Source of the DNA: an uncultured bacterium
GTDB lineage: Bacteria; Chlamydiota; Chlamydiia; Chlamydiales; SM23-39
NCBI GenBank assembly: GCA_964458995.1
Contig: CAYWKW010000002.1
Span: 1-59,828 of the forward strand
Length of the DNA stretch: 59,828 nucleotides
Direction of reading: 5' to 3'
Shown here: one piece after another, positions 1 to 8,029 of the stretch
Layout: every line of letters starts with the position of its first letter
How positions within the stretch are numbered: the first letter of the stretch is position 1
Position numbers and translations under genes: made by a program
Notes under the pieces: model-generated
The model's input: the letters and a program-made list of their open reading frames with translations, nothing else
Told to the model about the DNA's origin: nothing
Database searches by the model: none

Positions 1-2
1 TT

Positions 3-719
3 TACGGCTGCTCCGATTATCCCAATTGCGACTATACGGCCCCGCTTGAGGCGCTCTCCTTTAACAAAGAAGATTACGACCCGAACTTTGATTGGGATCA
101 ACCTTGCCCCATTTGCGGCTCGCCCTTGACTTTGCGGCATGGACGTTATGGCGCTTTTCTGGGTTGTACGAGGTATCCTGATTGCAAAGGGATCGTCAAT
201 ATTCCGAAGAAAGGGGAAAAAGTTTACTCGTCAGATGAGTTGCCCGCCTGCCCAGCCATTGGCTGCGATGGAAAGTTGACGGCTCGCAAATCCCGTTTTG
301 GAAAAACGTTCTTCTCTTGCTCCAACTTCCCCGATTGCGATGTGATTGTCTCTACACTCGATCAGATAGAAGAAAAGTACGATGCCCACCACCCGAAAAC
401 GGCCTACGTAAAAAAGGGGAAAAGGGGCGCCAAAAAAGGGGGAAAAGGGGAGAAAGAGCCCCCTGCCAAGAAGAAGAGAAAAATCGAACAACCTGCCTAC
501 AAGTTATCCCCCGATTTGGCAAAGATTGTGGGTGCAGCGGAGATGTCGCGCCCTGAAGTGACCAAACAAATCTGGGTTTACATCAAGGAACACCGGTTGC
601 AAGATCCATCGAATAAGAGGCGGATCATTCCCGATGCAGCCCTATCTAAAATCATTGGCAAGGAACCCATCGACATGATGAAACTCTCCTCATTTTTGAA
701 TAAGCACTTGAAAAAATGA
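3..719 (+). CDS. topA: DNA topoisomerase I, C-terminal zinc-ribbon repeats fused to a SWIB/MDM2 domain (5' end outside window)
   Basis: The frame is open from the window edge. Three topo-I type Cys4 ribbons are present: 'YGCSDYPNCDY', 'CPICGS..GAFLGCTRYPDCK' and 'CPAIGCDG..FFSCSNFPDCD'. A Lys-rich linker follows, then 'YKLSPDLAKIVG..MSRPEVTKQIWVYIKEHRLQDPSNKR', a SWIB signature. The TopA-SWIB fusion is a known Chlamydiae hallmark. Confidence 0.9.
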   Translation, partial: YGCSDYPNCDYTAPLEALSFNKEDYDPNFDWDQPCPICGSPLTLRHGRYGAFLGCTRYPDCKGIVNIPKKGEKVYSSDELPACPAIGCDGKLTARKSRFGKTFFSCSNFPDCDVIVSTLDQIEEKYDAHHPKTAYVKKGKRGAKKGGKGEKEPPAKKKRKIEQPAYKLSPDLAKIVGAAEMSRPEVTKQIWVYIKEHRLQDPSNKRRIIPDAALSKIIGKEPIDMMKLSSFLNKHLKK

Positions 720-1954
720 TCCGGCCGGTCATTCGTCTGAATATAAAAAAATTCCTCCTTCTCTGCTACGTTGCGTTGGGGCCTTTGGGCAACATGTTGA
801 CGCCTCACTTTTTCCCTCAATCATTTCGAGCCTATTATTTTCTTCTTCCCTGTTTTCCTTTCTTTTTCACAAACGTGAGAGAGCGGATGGCGAAAATCGG
901 CATTTTCCTTCTCCCCTTTCTTCTTTATTCTTTTTTTTCAGCCTACATGGTTGAATATTTTGGGGAGGCCAATGAGCCCTTCACCCTCTTCCGTTTTTGC
1001 CTCATGACCTGCCAATTTTTTTTCCTAGTTGGAGCCGCATCCGCCCTGAAAGAAAAAGGGGATGTCATCCAAGCTTTGAGGATCTATCTGAAGTTCTTTT
1101 TTGTCTCTTTGGCCGTTGGCTATATCTTCTTTTTTGGATACTATGCCCATATCATTCCCATAGAACTCATCCAACGGTTTTGCGTTCTGGCCCAATTCGG
1201 GTTTAATCTGCTCCGTTTTTCACCTGGCTCCTATCCCAACGAATATGGGATCGTCTCCAGTTTTGCGCTCTGTCTCATTTCCCTCATTTACTTAGACAAA
1301 AAGGGACCCGAATTCAACCTTTCCAATAAAGGACTCCTATTTTTTTTCATCGCAACCCTGATCGCCTTCCTATTAACAACAACAAGAGCTGCCTATCTCT
1401 CCTATTTTGTTTGCACGATCTATCTCACCTGGAAATCGGGAAAATTTTTCAAAATGCTTTTCCGCTTATCCATTTTTTTCGTCGTCTTTTTCTTCATTCT
1501 TCTCTTTTTTAAGCTCGACATGTTTGACATCCTATCGGCAGGATTTAGCCAAAAAATTGACGAGGGATCATTAGGGGATCGTTATTTTATGTGGCTTGAA
1601 GCGGTAGAACGGGCAGAGGGGAACACGTTTTTGGGAGTGGGTTTTGGCTCTCTGACCAACATTCACAACGTTTATCTGCAACTCGCCTTTGAACTAGGCA
1701 TTGTAGGCAGCCTACTTCTCCTGGCCAGTCTTCTATTCATGGTTTTGGAGACCTATTGCAGGTATAAGAAATTCGGCGCGGGCTACGACCCCTTTTTAAA
1801 AAAGGTGCAGATGGTGGGGCTTATCAATGTCCTCTCTTTCGCAGCCAGCAATCACAATCTCAACCACCACTTAACATGGTTTGTCTTCTTTCTCTGCATG
1901 GCTGCCCTGCGGCTACCCTATCTAAGTAGTGAAAGAAGCGTGAAAAGAATCTAG
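716..1954 (+). CDS. O-antigen ligase / Wzy_C family polytopic membrane protein
   Basis: 412-aa ORF whose start overlaps the topA stop (ATGA). It has many Phe/Leu-rich TM helices. 'TTTRAAYLSYF' and 'GVGFGSLTNIHNVYLQLAFELGIVG' resemble the WaaL/Wzy_C loop region. Confidence 0.7.
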   Translation: MIRPVIRLNIKKFLLLCYVALGPLGNMLTPHFFPQSFRAYYFLLPCFPFFFTNVRERMAKIGIFLLPFLLYSFFSAYMVEYFGEANEPFTLFRFCLMTCQFFFLVGAASALKEKGDVIQALRIYLKFFFVSLAVGYIFFFGYYAHIIPIELIQRFCVLAQFGFNLLRFSPGSYPNEYGIVSSFALCLISLIYLDKKGPEFNLSNKGLLFFFIATLIAFLLTTTRAAYLSYFVCTIYLTWKSGKFFKMLFRLSIFFVVFFFILLFFKLDMFDILSAGFSQKIDEGSLGDRYFMWLEAVERAEGNTFLGVGFGSLTNIHNVYLQLAFELGIVGSLLLLASLLFMVLETYCRYKKFGAGYDPFLKKVQMVGLINVLSFAASNHNLNHHLTWFVFFLCMAALRLPYLSSERSVKRI

Positions 1955-3284
1955 TTGATTTCAAGTATCCTAGGGCGCGCTTCCAGACGGGGCCCCGTTT
2001 GATCTCTTCAAGCGCCTTCACGACTTGAGCCGCATCGAGCCGTTTTGCTCGATCGACGGTCAACATCCCTTTCAATAACTTGCGCACTTTTGGATCGGCA
2101 ATCCCAGAATGGTCAATGGTCGAATCAATTTGGTCCTGAGTCAATTCCCGTAGTGCCTTCTTAGCTGGAAAATCCCCCATATTTTGATAGGGAAGGAGAT
2201 CGTGTGTCGGATGGAATAGAAAGTACAAAGATCCTCCAAGAGCCCAAATATCCATTCTTCTATCCAGTCTTTTATCCAATTGCTTTTCTTTCACCATCGT
2301 AGGATCCCAAGAAAAATTCGAAGTTCCGTAACCAAATTCAGATTTTCCATCGGCGGAATCGCCAAAGTCGCAAATTTTTCCTCTCCCCTGTTCAGAGATC
2401 AGTAAATTGTGAGGTTTAATATCTCTATGGACGATATTCTTTTGATGCAGTTTTTGAACGCCCCTCGCATAGTCAAGAGCTAATGTTAGAGGTTCTTTCA
2501 CACCCCGAATTTTGTCCCATAAACTGCCGGCGCATTTTTCCATGATAATGTAATATTTATCAGCTGTTTCGGCCCAAGTGTCGATCTGAACAAATTCTTC
2601 GTCCCCTTGCAGTTTCTCTAAAATCTGAATCTCTTTGCGATATTCTGGAGCCAATCTCTTTTTGCCCGTTGCGACAATTCGTTCCTCTAAATTATTTCGG
2701 TTGATGGCTATTTTGACTCTTTTTCTAGTGCCCGTTTTGACGACAATATCACACTGACTCCCAGAACGAGTTAAACAAACAAAATAGTCGCCTTTTGGGC
2801 TGACAACTAGCGTACGGCCTCTGTTGCCGCTTTCTACCTTAACGCCCTGTGTCCCAGGTTGAATAGCATATTTTCTGAGGCGATCCAGTTCCTGAAGCGA
2901 GGGAGGATTGCGCGTAAATTCATTGATTTTTCTCCATAAGGCCCTTGTTTCGTCGCTGTGTTTCTCAGGAGATTGTTGTTCAAAAGGGGGATTTACAGTT
3001 TTAGGCCTATTGCAGTATTTATTATAGGCGGTAGCATCCCGTTTTTTAAAACTGGTTCGATCGACCCAAACCGTCTGTTTTCCTCGTGAGGTTCCAACTT
3101 CTAAGGGTTCGTAAAAACAGGAGAAGAGAGGTTTTTTGGTCTCTACCCCAATTCCATTGGATGTGTCGTCAGGTCTGTCCACAAAAAGCATTCGTTGACG
3201 TGTTTTGCCACCCGTTTTGAGGCCAAACCAAGAAGTATTTGGGGTCGCGTTAATAGATGAAATTGAAACTCTAGGTAATCCCAT
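1860..3284 (-). CDS. Eukaryotic-like (Hanks-type) Ser/Thr protein kinase with an unknown N-terminal region
   Basis: The catalytic loop 'HRDIKPHNLLI', 'ICDFGDS' (DFG), 'DIWALGGSLY' (subdomain IX) and an 'RVKIAI' Lys region are present. The N-terminal ~170 aa are unassignable. The gene is AT-richer than its neighbours and a very AT-rich 110-bp leader lies at 3285-3394. Confidence 0.85.
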   Translation of the reverse strand: MGLPRVSISSINATPNTSWFGLKTGGKTRQRMLFVDRPDDTSNGIGVETKKPLFSCFYEPLEVGTSRGKQTVWVDRTSFKKRDATAYNKYCNRPKTVNPPFEQQSPEKHSDETRALWRKINEFTRNPPSLQELDRLRKYAIQPGTQGVKVESGNRGRTLVVSPKGDYFVCLTRSGSQCDIVVKTGTRKRVKIAINRNNLEERIVATGKKRLAPEYRKEIQILEKLQGDEEFVQIDTWAETADKYYIIMEKCAGSLWDKIRGVKEPLTLALDYARGVQKLHQKNIVHRDIKPHNLLISEQGRGKICDFGDSADGKSEFGYGTSNFSWDPTMVKEKQLDKRLDRRMDIWALGGSLYFLFHPTHDLLPYQNMGDFPAKKALRELTQDQIDSTIDHSGIADPKVRKLLKGMLTVDRAKRLDAAQVVKALEEIKRGPVWKRALGYLKSTRFFSRFFHYLDRVAAGQPCRERRQTMLSGG

Positions 3285-3394
3285 AATTATTATCTTATTA
3301 TTACTATAATAAAATATTATAACAAAATTACCAGATAAGTTTAATTAAAAAAACCACTTTAATATAAAATTATTATTTGCTAAAATAAGATCTT

Positions 3395-3646
3395 ATGGCA
3401 ACAACACCCGAAGTTTCTACAGCCCTCGTGCCCTTTAATCCCGATATTCGGAAGGCCAACCCAATCCAGCCTCTCATTGAAACGCTTAAACATTTAGCTC
3501 TGGATCGATTCGCGTCGCTCCACCTCGTAGCCCCTCCTCCCGATATTACCCCTGAAAAAGCCCTCAGAGCAAGAACGCGCCGATTAGCGGACGTTTTGCC
3601 TCCGTTCCGTCAAACTTACTCAAACCTATCTATAGATAGATATTGA
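3395..3646 (+). CDS. Small hypothetical ORF abutting or overlapping the IS607-like element. It may be a gene remnant, or non-coding sequence belonging to the transposon right end.
   Basis: 83-aa ORF with no SD sequence. Its last 17 nt overlap the 3' end of tnpB on the other strand. No recognisable motif. Confidence 0.25.
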   Translation: MATTPEVSTALVPFNPDIRKANPIQPLIETLKHLALDRFASLHLVAPPPDITPEKALRARTRRLADVLPPFRQTYSNLSIDRY

Positions 3647-4823
3647 CGTTGACTTCCTGCTTCATCAGAGCAGTTTCACCGAATGGAATATCCATTCGAC
3701 CAGAGCTGCTTCCTCCACAGGCTTTTACCGTAGAACTTACGGCGTATTTTTCTAAATTCCTCGCTGCATTCACATCTCGATCGTGGAGACTTTTGCACTT
3801 AGGACATGTCCATTGTCGCACCGATAGCTCTAAAACAGGGAGCGTATAGTTGCAATTAGAGCAGATTTTACTGCTGGCAAAGAATCGGTCGGCTTTCACC
3901 AATACCTTTCCGCTCCTAGCCATTTTATACTCCAATTGTCGGCTGATCTCATGAAAGCCCATATCGGCAACCGATCGGGCAAGACGACGATTCTTCACCA
4001 TCTTGAGCACACTGAGATCCTCAATGCATACGACGCCAAATCGCTTCACAAGTGTTGTAGTAAACTTGTGGGTTGCATCAAGGCGAATGTTCGAGATGCG
4101 GGAATGAAGGCGGGCTAGCTTGGTTTTTGCTTTAGCCCGGTTTTTCGATCCCTTCACCTTTCGACTCAATGCTTTCGAAAACTGTTTTAGACGGCTAAGA
4201 AGTGATTTATGGGGTTTTGGTCCTGTGATTTTTTCTCCTGTGGAAAGCGTTGCCATAGCTGATAGACCTACATCAACTCCAACTATTTTTTGATTGGGGA
4301 CTGTTTTGGGTAAATCCGGCGCCTCGACAGCAATGCTGACAAACCAATGGTCTGCAATCCGGGATATGGTGGCTGAGAGGATCTTCCCCGAGAATCTCAG
4401 AGCTTCGCGCATCCGGACTTTTCCTAGATTTGGAATTTGGATGTGGCAGCCATCTACTTTAAACTGATCGTTGGTGAGTGTAAACCGATCGTGGATTCCT
4501 TTTTTTCGAAATTGGGGATATTTGGCCCTGCCAGCAAAAAAATTAACGAAGGCCCTACCTAGCTGCCTGATGGCCATTTGAGGAGCGTTTTTAGTCACTT
4601 CGAGCATCCAAGGAAATTGCTCTCGTTTAATCGAGTTTAGAAGTTTGCGTAGGGCTCCTTCTGTCGGGGCTGGCTTTTCTGGATCTTTCTTGCGCTCCTC
4701 ATATTGCTTTTGCCACTCGGAAAGAGCCCAATTATAAGCAAATCGAGCCACGCCGCAAGCTCTGCTTAGGTAGGTGGCTTGGAGATCGTTAGGATCAAGC
4801 GCAATCCGATGAGCTGTTAGCAT
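3630..4823 (-). CDS. tnpB: TnpB (OrfB_IS605 family) RuvC-type RNA-guided nuclease
   Basis: RuvC-I 'IVGVDVGLS', RuvC-II 'VVCIEDLSV', the Zn ribbon 'CSNCNY..CPKCKS' and RuvC-III 'HDRDVNAARN' are all present. The 397-aa length is typical. Confidence 0.9.
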   Translation of the reverse strand: MLTAHRIALDPNDLQATYLSRACGVARFAYNWALSEWQKQYEERKKDPEKPAPTEGALRKLLNSIKREQFPWMLEVTKNAPQMAIRQLGRAFVNFFAGRAKYPQFRKKGIHDRFTLTNDQFKVDGCHIQIPNLGKVRMREALRFSGKILSATISRIADHWFVSIAVEAPDLPKTVPNQKIVGVDVGLSAMATLSTGEKITGPKPHKSLLSRLKQFSKALSRKVKGSKNRAKAKTKLARLHSRISNIRLDATHKFTTTLVKRFGVVCIEDLSVLKMVKNRRLARSVADMGFHEISRQLEYKMARSGKVLVKADRFFASSKICSNCNYTLPVLELSVRQWTCPKCKSLHDRDVNAARNLEKYAVSSTVKACGGSSSGRMDIPFGETALMKQEVNVNIYL

Positions 4824-5452
4824 ACAGCAGCCTCTTCAACAGCTCGTTTCACTCCATCGAGCAATTTTTGATTCTTACGGCTTCGACTTCCATAAAGACG
4901 AGCCGAAAATACGGTGATGATTTCTAACACATCTTTGGCTAGATCTTCCTCAAAAGTCGTATCCTCACCCTGATTCAAGATGACAACCTCAACATTCTTA
5001 GCCCCGCAGATAGCGAACACCAGTTCAGCTCCAAATCTCAACAACCGATCCTTATGAGCAATCACAAGGCGCCCCATTTTACCAGCAAGAATCTCATTAA
5101 GTAAATACTTTAACCCCTTCTTATGATAGTTCATGCCGGAGCCAAGGTCGGAAACCACTTCGAAGGTCCATCCTTGTCTTGCGCAGTAAAGTTCCAAGAC
5201 CTGTTTTTGTCGTTCAAGATCCGTTTTTTGATCGTGGCTAGACACTCGTGCATACGCAATTGTCTTCCTATTTTCACTAGACGAATACACAAAGTTGGGG
5301 TTGATTTGGGAGAGATCATAGCGTCTATGTCCGGAATGAGTGCGCTGCGGGACTAATTTACCCTCCTTTTCCCATCGGCGAAGAGTAGTAGCAGAAACCC
5401 CGGCAACGCTAGCCGCTTTGGAAATTGAGATTAACTTATCCATAAAGGACAT
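4817..5452 (-). CDS. tnpA: IS607-type transposase TnpA (serine recombinase with an N-terminal MerR-like HTH)
   Basis: HTH 'ISISKAASVAGVSATTLRRWEKEGKL'. Resolvase catalytic motif 'AYARVSSHDQ' and 'GRLVIAHKDRLLRFG'. Confidence 0.9.
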   Translation of the reverse strand: MSFMDKLISISKAASVAGVSATTLRRWEKEGKLVPQRTHSGHRRYDLSQINPNFVYSSSENRKTIAYARVSSHDQKTDLERQKQVLELYCARQGWTFEVVSDLGSGMNYHKKGLKYLLNEILAGKMGRLVIAHKDRLLRFGAELVFAICGAKNVEVVILNQGEDTTFEEDLAKDVLEIITVFSARLYGSRSRKNQKLLDGVKRAVEEAAVC

Positions 5453-5468
5453 TATTGGACAAGTTTAG

Positions 5469-5978
5469 ATAATTTTCAAGAAAACTGTTCGAGCCCTTCC
5501 AGCGCAACGGGCAGAAGAGACGGCATCCTATTTCCTGTCAGATAGAGTTAGTTTAGGCCCCTCTTATGAAGGATTACTCGAAGTGGGAATGGGAGATTGG
5601 GAAGGAAAACCGAAAGACCAGGCTTACAAGGCAGAATACGAGAAATGGAAAAGCCTGTCAGCTGTGGATAAATATGTGACCCCAAAAGTCTCATCAGGGG
5701 AAAGCTATTTTGATGCTGCCAATCGGGCGATAGTTGATTTAGAGGCCATTCTGCAGTCCAACTCAGAAAACACGATTTTTGTCGTCACTGGCGAAAATCT
5801 GCTCAATGCTCTCGCAATTCGATGGATGCATCCGGCTCTCTCAGAAGAATCGGGATCCGATCTTCCCAGTCTCACCTCGGAAAAGGGCGACCTCTTTCTA
5901 GTAGAAATACCACGAGGTCAGTCTATTGAAGAGGCACAAATCAAAACGTTCTTCCACATTTGGGGAATCCCGCAGTAA
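5469..5978 (+). pseudogene. Histidine-phosphatase (phosphoglycerate-mutase-like) family fragment lacking the N-terminal RHG region
   Basis: The frame is open from 5469, directly at the IS edge. It reads '..RAEETASYF..LLEVGMGDWEGK..' (the family's RAxxTA and GxWEG motifs), then 'IFVVTGENLLNAL' where the second catalytic His normally sits. No RHG motif lies upstream. The ORF track only offers a GTG start at 5583. Confidence 0.5.
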
Positions 5979-5979
5979 G

Positions 5980-6001
5980 CCAATGATTTTGACATCATTG
6001 G
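5980..6001. terminator. Hairpin between convergent genes (candidate bidirectional terminator)
   Basis: 'ccaatgat-tttgac-atcattgg' forms a perfect 8-bp stem with a 6-nt loop. It lies between the stop at 5978 (+) and the stop at 6009 (-). Confidence 0.4.
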
Positions 6002-6008
6002 TGCCGCA

Positions 6009-7238
6009 TTAGGCTGCTGATTTCTCGCTCCGTTTTTCTTGAACAAATAGAGCGGCAAAGCCGCCGGAGCCCAAAATGAGGGCGATGGGGATGACAGCGA
6101 CTCCATAAACGAGGGCTTGAGAGGCGGTGGGGCCTCCCATCGCTTGCACGGTGGCGCCGATGATGGAGTGGAATACATACCCGAAGACCATAATGATCAT
6201 GTTGGCAATGGCAGTGGTAAGGCCCGCCACTTCTTCGCGGACATAGGTTGAAACTTTGTAAATGGCCAAAATCTGATAGGCGCAGCAAATCCCCACAATG
6301 ACAAAGTTGATGCTGACTAAAGCGGGGCTTAGGCGAGTCAAAAGCAGAGCGAATGCAAGGGCCATGACCGCTCCAGCGCCAACGATAGTTAAAAGGTAGT
6401 TTTGGGCTCTCTCCGCCACGAAACTGAGAAGAGGGGACCCAAAACACATTCCAATAAAAATAAGAGAGGGAAGGCTCGCCGCTAGGGTCTCATTGAAGTC
6501 CAAATAGTGTTTCAGAAAAGCTTTTCCCCAAACGTCGGCAAAGCCCTCTAGCGGGCCCACCATAAAACCGGCAAAAATGCAGGTCCAAATGACTTTCGGA
6601 TTGCCCAGCACTTCTTTGATATTGGAGAGGACAGACTCTTGCGATTCGCTTTTGCTATTGGGAATGATCCAATAGGTAGCGGCCGCCAAAATAACGCCTA
6701 TGGCTCCAAAGAGCACCACTACTGCTTGATATCCCAAAGTGGCGCACAAATAGTTGACGGGGCCGCCGCCATAAATGGCGCCAATCAGTCCGATCATAAC
6801 CGAAAAGCTGAGCATGCGTGTGAAATGTTTCTCTTCAAATGTCATCCGAATGATTTTAAAGACGCCCAGGATCGCTGCCGAAGAGCCGAGACCGATGAGG
6901 AATCTTCCCACGATAGGATAGATCCAGCGATCGGCAAAAATCAGGGGAGAGAGGCCGACAACGGTTAGAAGGATGCAAAGCGCCATGATTTTGCGCGGGC
7001 CAAAACGGTCGAGCAAAATGCCCAGAGGCAAATGCATCAGTGAATAACCAATATAGTAGACGCCGGAAAACTGGCCAAATGCCGCCGCATCGATGGCAAA
7101 GTGGTTCATAATGTCATTCAGCATGATGTTCGGCATCACTCTCAAAACATACTGGTAAGCGTAAAAAACCGACGCAATGATCCACACCATCCAGGCAATC
7201 GTACGCGAGCGAGTCATAGAGAAATCCTTTCTTGACAA
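6009..7238 (-). CDS. MFS transporter
   Basis: 409 aa with about 12 hydrophobic segments. 'GILLDRFGPRKIM' matches MFS motif A between TM2 and TM3. Confidence 0.85.
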   Translation of the reverse strand: MSRKDFSMTRSRTIAWMVWIIASVFYAYQYVLRVMPNIMLNDIMNHFAIDAAAFGQFSGVYYIGYSLMHLPLGILLDRFGPRKIMALCILLTVVGLSPLIFADRWIYPIVGRFLIGLGSSAAILGVFKIIRMTFEEKHFTRMLSFSVMIGLIGAIYGGGPVNYLCATLGYQAVVVLFGAIGVILAAATYWIIPNSKSESQESVLSNIKEVLGNPKVIWTCIFAGFMVGPLEGFADVWGKAFLKHYLDFNETLAASLPSLIFIGMCFGSPLLSFVAERAQNYLLTIVGAGAVMALAFALLLTRLSPALVSINFVIVGICCAYQILAIYKVSTYVREEVAGLTTAIANMIIMVFGYVFHSIIGATVQAMGGPTASQALVYGVAVIPIALILGSGGFAALFVQEKRSEKSAA

Positions 7239-7885
7239 ATTTGGGAGGCAACCTCGAGGTCAAATTCGGTTGTGATCTTCATGTTTTTTTCATTTCCGGG
7301 CACCACATGAATGGGCAGGCCTAAGCGCAAAACAAGGCGGCAATCATCACTTGCATTGCCGATGCCGTCGGCCAGCGCTTTTTCATGCGCCTTTAAAATC
7401 CAATCATAACGAAATGTTTGCGGGGTTTGTCCCCGCAGGTACTCTTCTCTCTTAGGAATATCTTGAATCGTTTGTCCTGGCGCATGCACTAAAGTGTCGG
7501 TGGAGGGGATGCAGGTGTTGGCGGCGCCAAATTCCATTGCAGTGGTAATGTTCTTGAGCAAGATCGCCTCCGTGACGAAGGGCCGCACAGCATCGTGAAT
7601 GAGGACGACTTCTGGATTGTGCAGAAAGGCCTTAAGGCCTCTGTAGGAAGATTCTTGCCTTGTTTTGCCGCCAGGAACTGCTTTTCCCGTGACAGAATCG
7701 ACCCAATCGGGATGGCAGACCAGGATGATCTCATCGAAAAGGGCCGAAGCAACCAGGGTATCGAAGGCGTGCCGGTACACCTCCTTGCCTGCAAGAGGCA
7801 GGAATTGCTTAGGCGTTTCGTTCCCAAACCGGAGCCCTTCTCCCCCCATCAACAACAGCGCGCCAATCCGTTTTCCCAAAAGCAT
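7214..7885 (-). CDS. ispD: 2-C-methyl-D-erythritol 4-phosphate cytidylyltransferase
   Basis: 'ALLLMGGEGLRFG..PKQFLPLAGK' and 'VLIHDAVRPFV' are IspD signatures. The start was moved to the internal Met (MLLGKR..) because the longer ORF (to 7954) would overlap kdpF and adds no homologous sequence. Confidence 0.85.
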   Translation of the reverse strand: MLLGKRIGALLLMGGEGLRFGNETPKQFLPLAGKEVYRHAFDTLVASALFDEIILVCHPDWVDSVTGKAVPGGKTRQESSYRGLKAFLHNPEVVLIHDAVRPFVTEAILLKNITTAMEFGAANTCIPSTDTLVHAPGQTIQDIPKREEYLRGQTPQTFRYDWILKAHEKALADGIGNASDDCRLVLRLGLPIHVVPGNEKNMKITTEFDLEVASQICQERISL

Positions 7886-7939
7886 ATGGCGATTATACAC
7901 ATTGTGGAAAAAAAAAGATCCTGCTAAAAAGAAAAGTTT

Positions 7940-8029
7940 ATGATCTTGTTCCAAATTCTGCTCCTGATCTTAGCTATCTGCTTGCTTGGATATCTTCTCG
8001 CTACCATTGTTTGGCCGGAGAAATTTTAA
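7940..8029 (+). CDS. kdpF: KdpF, small hydrophobic subunit of the Kdp K+ pump (not in the ORF track)
   Basis: 29-codon ORF 'MILFQILLLILAICLLGYLLATIVWPEKF' that ends 1 nt before the kdpA ATG. The single TM helix and the '..YL..A...PE.F' ending are typical of KdpF. Confidence 0.7.
   Translation: MILFQILLLILAICLLGYLLATIVWPEKF

Larger units (their letters stand above)
3630..5468 (-). mobile_element. IS607-family insertion sequence (tnpA serine recombinase plus tnpB). The boundaries are approximate, and the right end probably extends left of 3630.
   Basis: The two-gene architecture is typical of IS607: a MerR-HTH serine recombinase overlaps a downstream TnpB by 7 nt. Both ORFs are intact. No inverted repeats could be verified by eye. 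Confidence 0.8.

Noticed and set aside
231-556. ORFs 231-491 (-) and 317-556 (+) inside the topA end
   Set aside because: These are alternative-frame or antisense shadows of a clearly coding frame. Their composition is Arg/Gly/Pro-rich and low-complexity.
3395-3646. Idea that the 83-aa ORF is the missing N-terminus of the truncated histidine phosphatase, that is, a gene split by the IS
   Set aside because: 'HLVAPPPDITPEKALRARTRRLADVL' only loosely resembles the RHG...LT..G..QA..LA region, and the catalytic RHG is absent. The region may instead be the transposon right end or guide-RNA template. It is left as unresolved rather than claimed.
5995-6968. ORFs 5995-6447 (-), 5918-6178 (-) and 6639-6968 (+) within the MFS transporter gene
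   Set aside because: These are shadow frames. The His/Arg/Ser-rich sequences show no membrane or domain logic, and the MFS frame explains the region.
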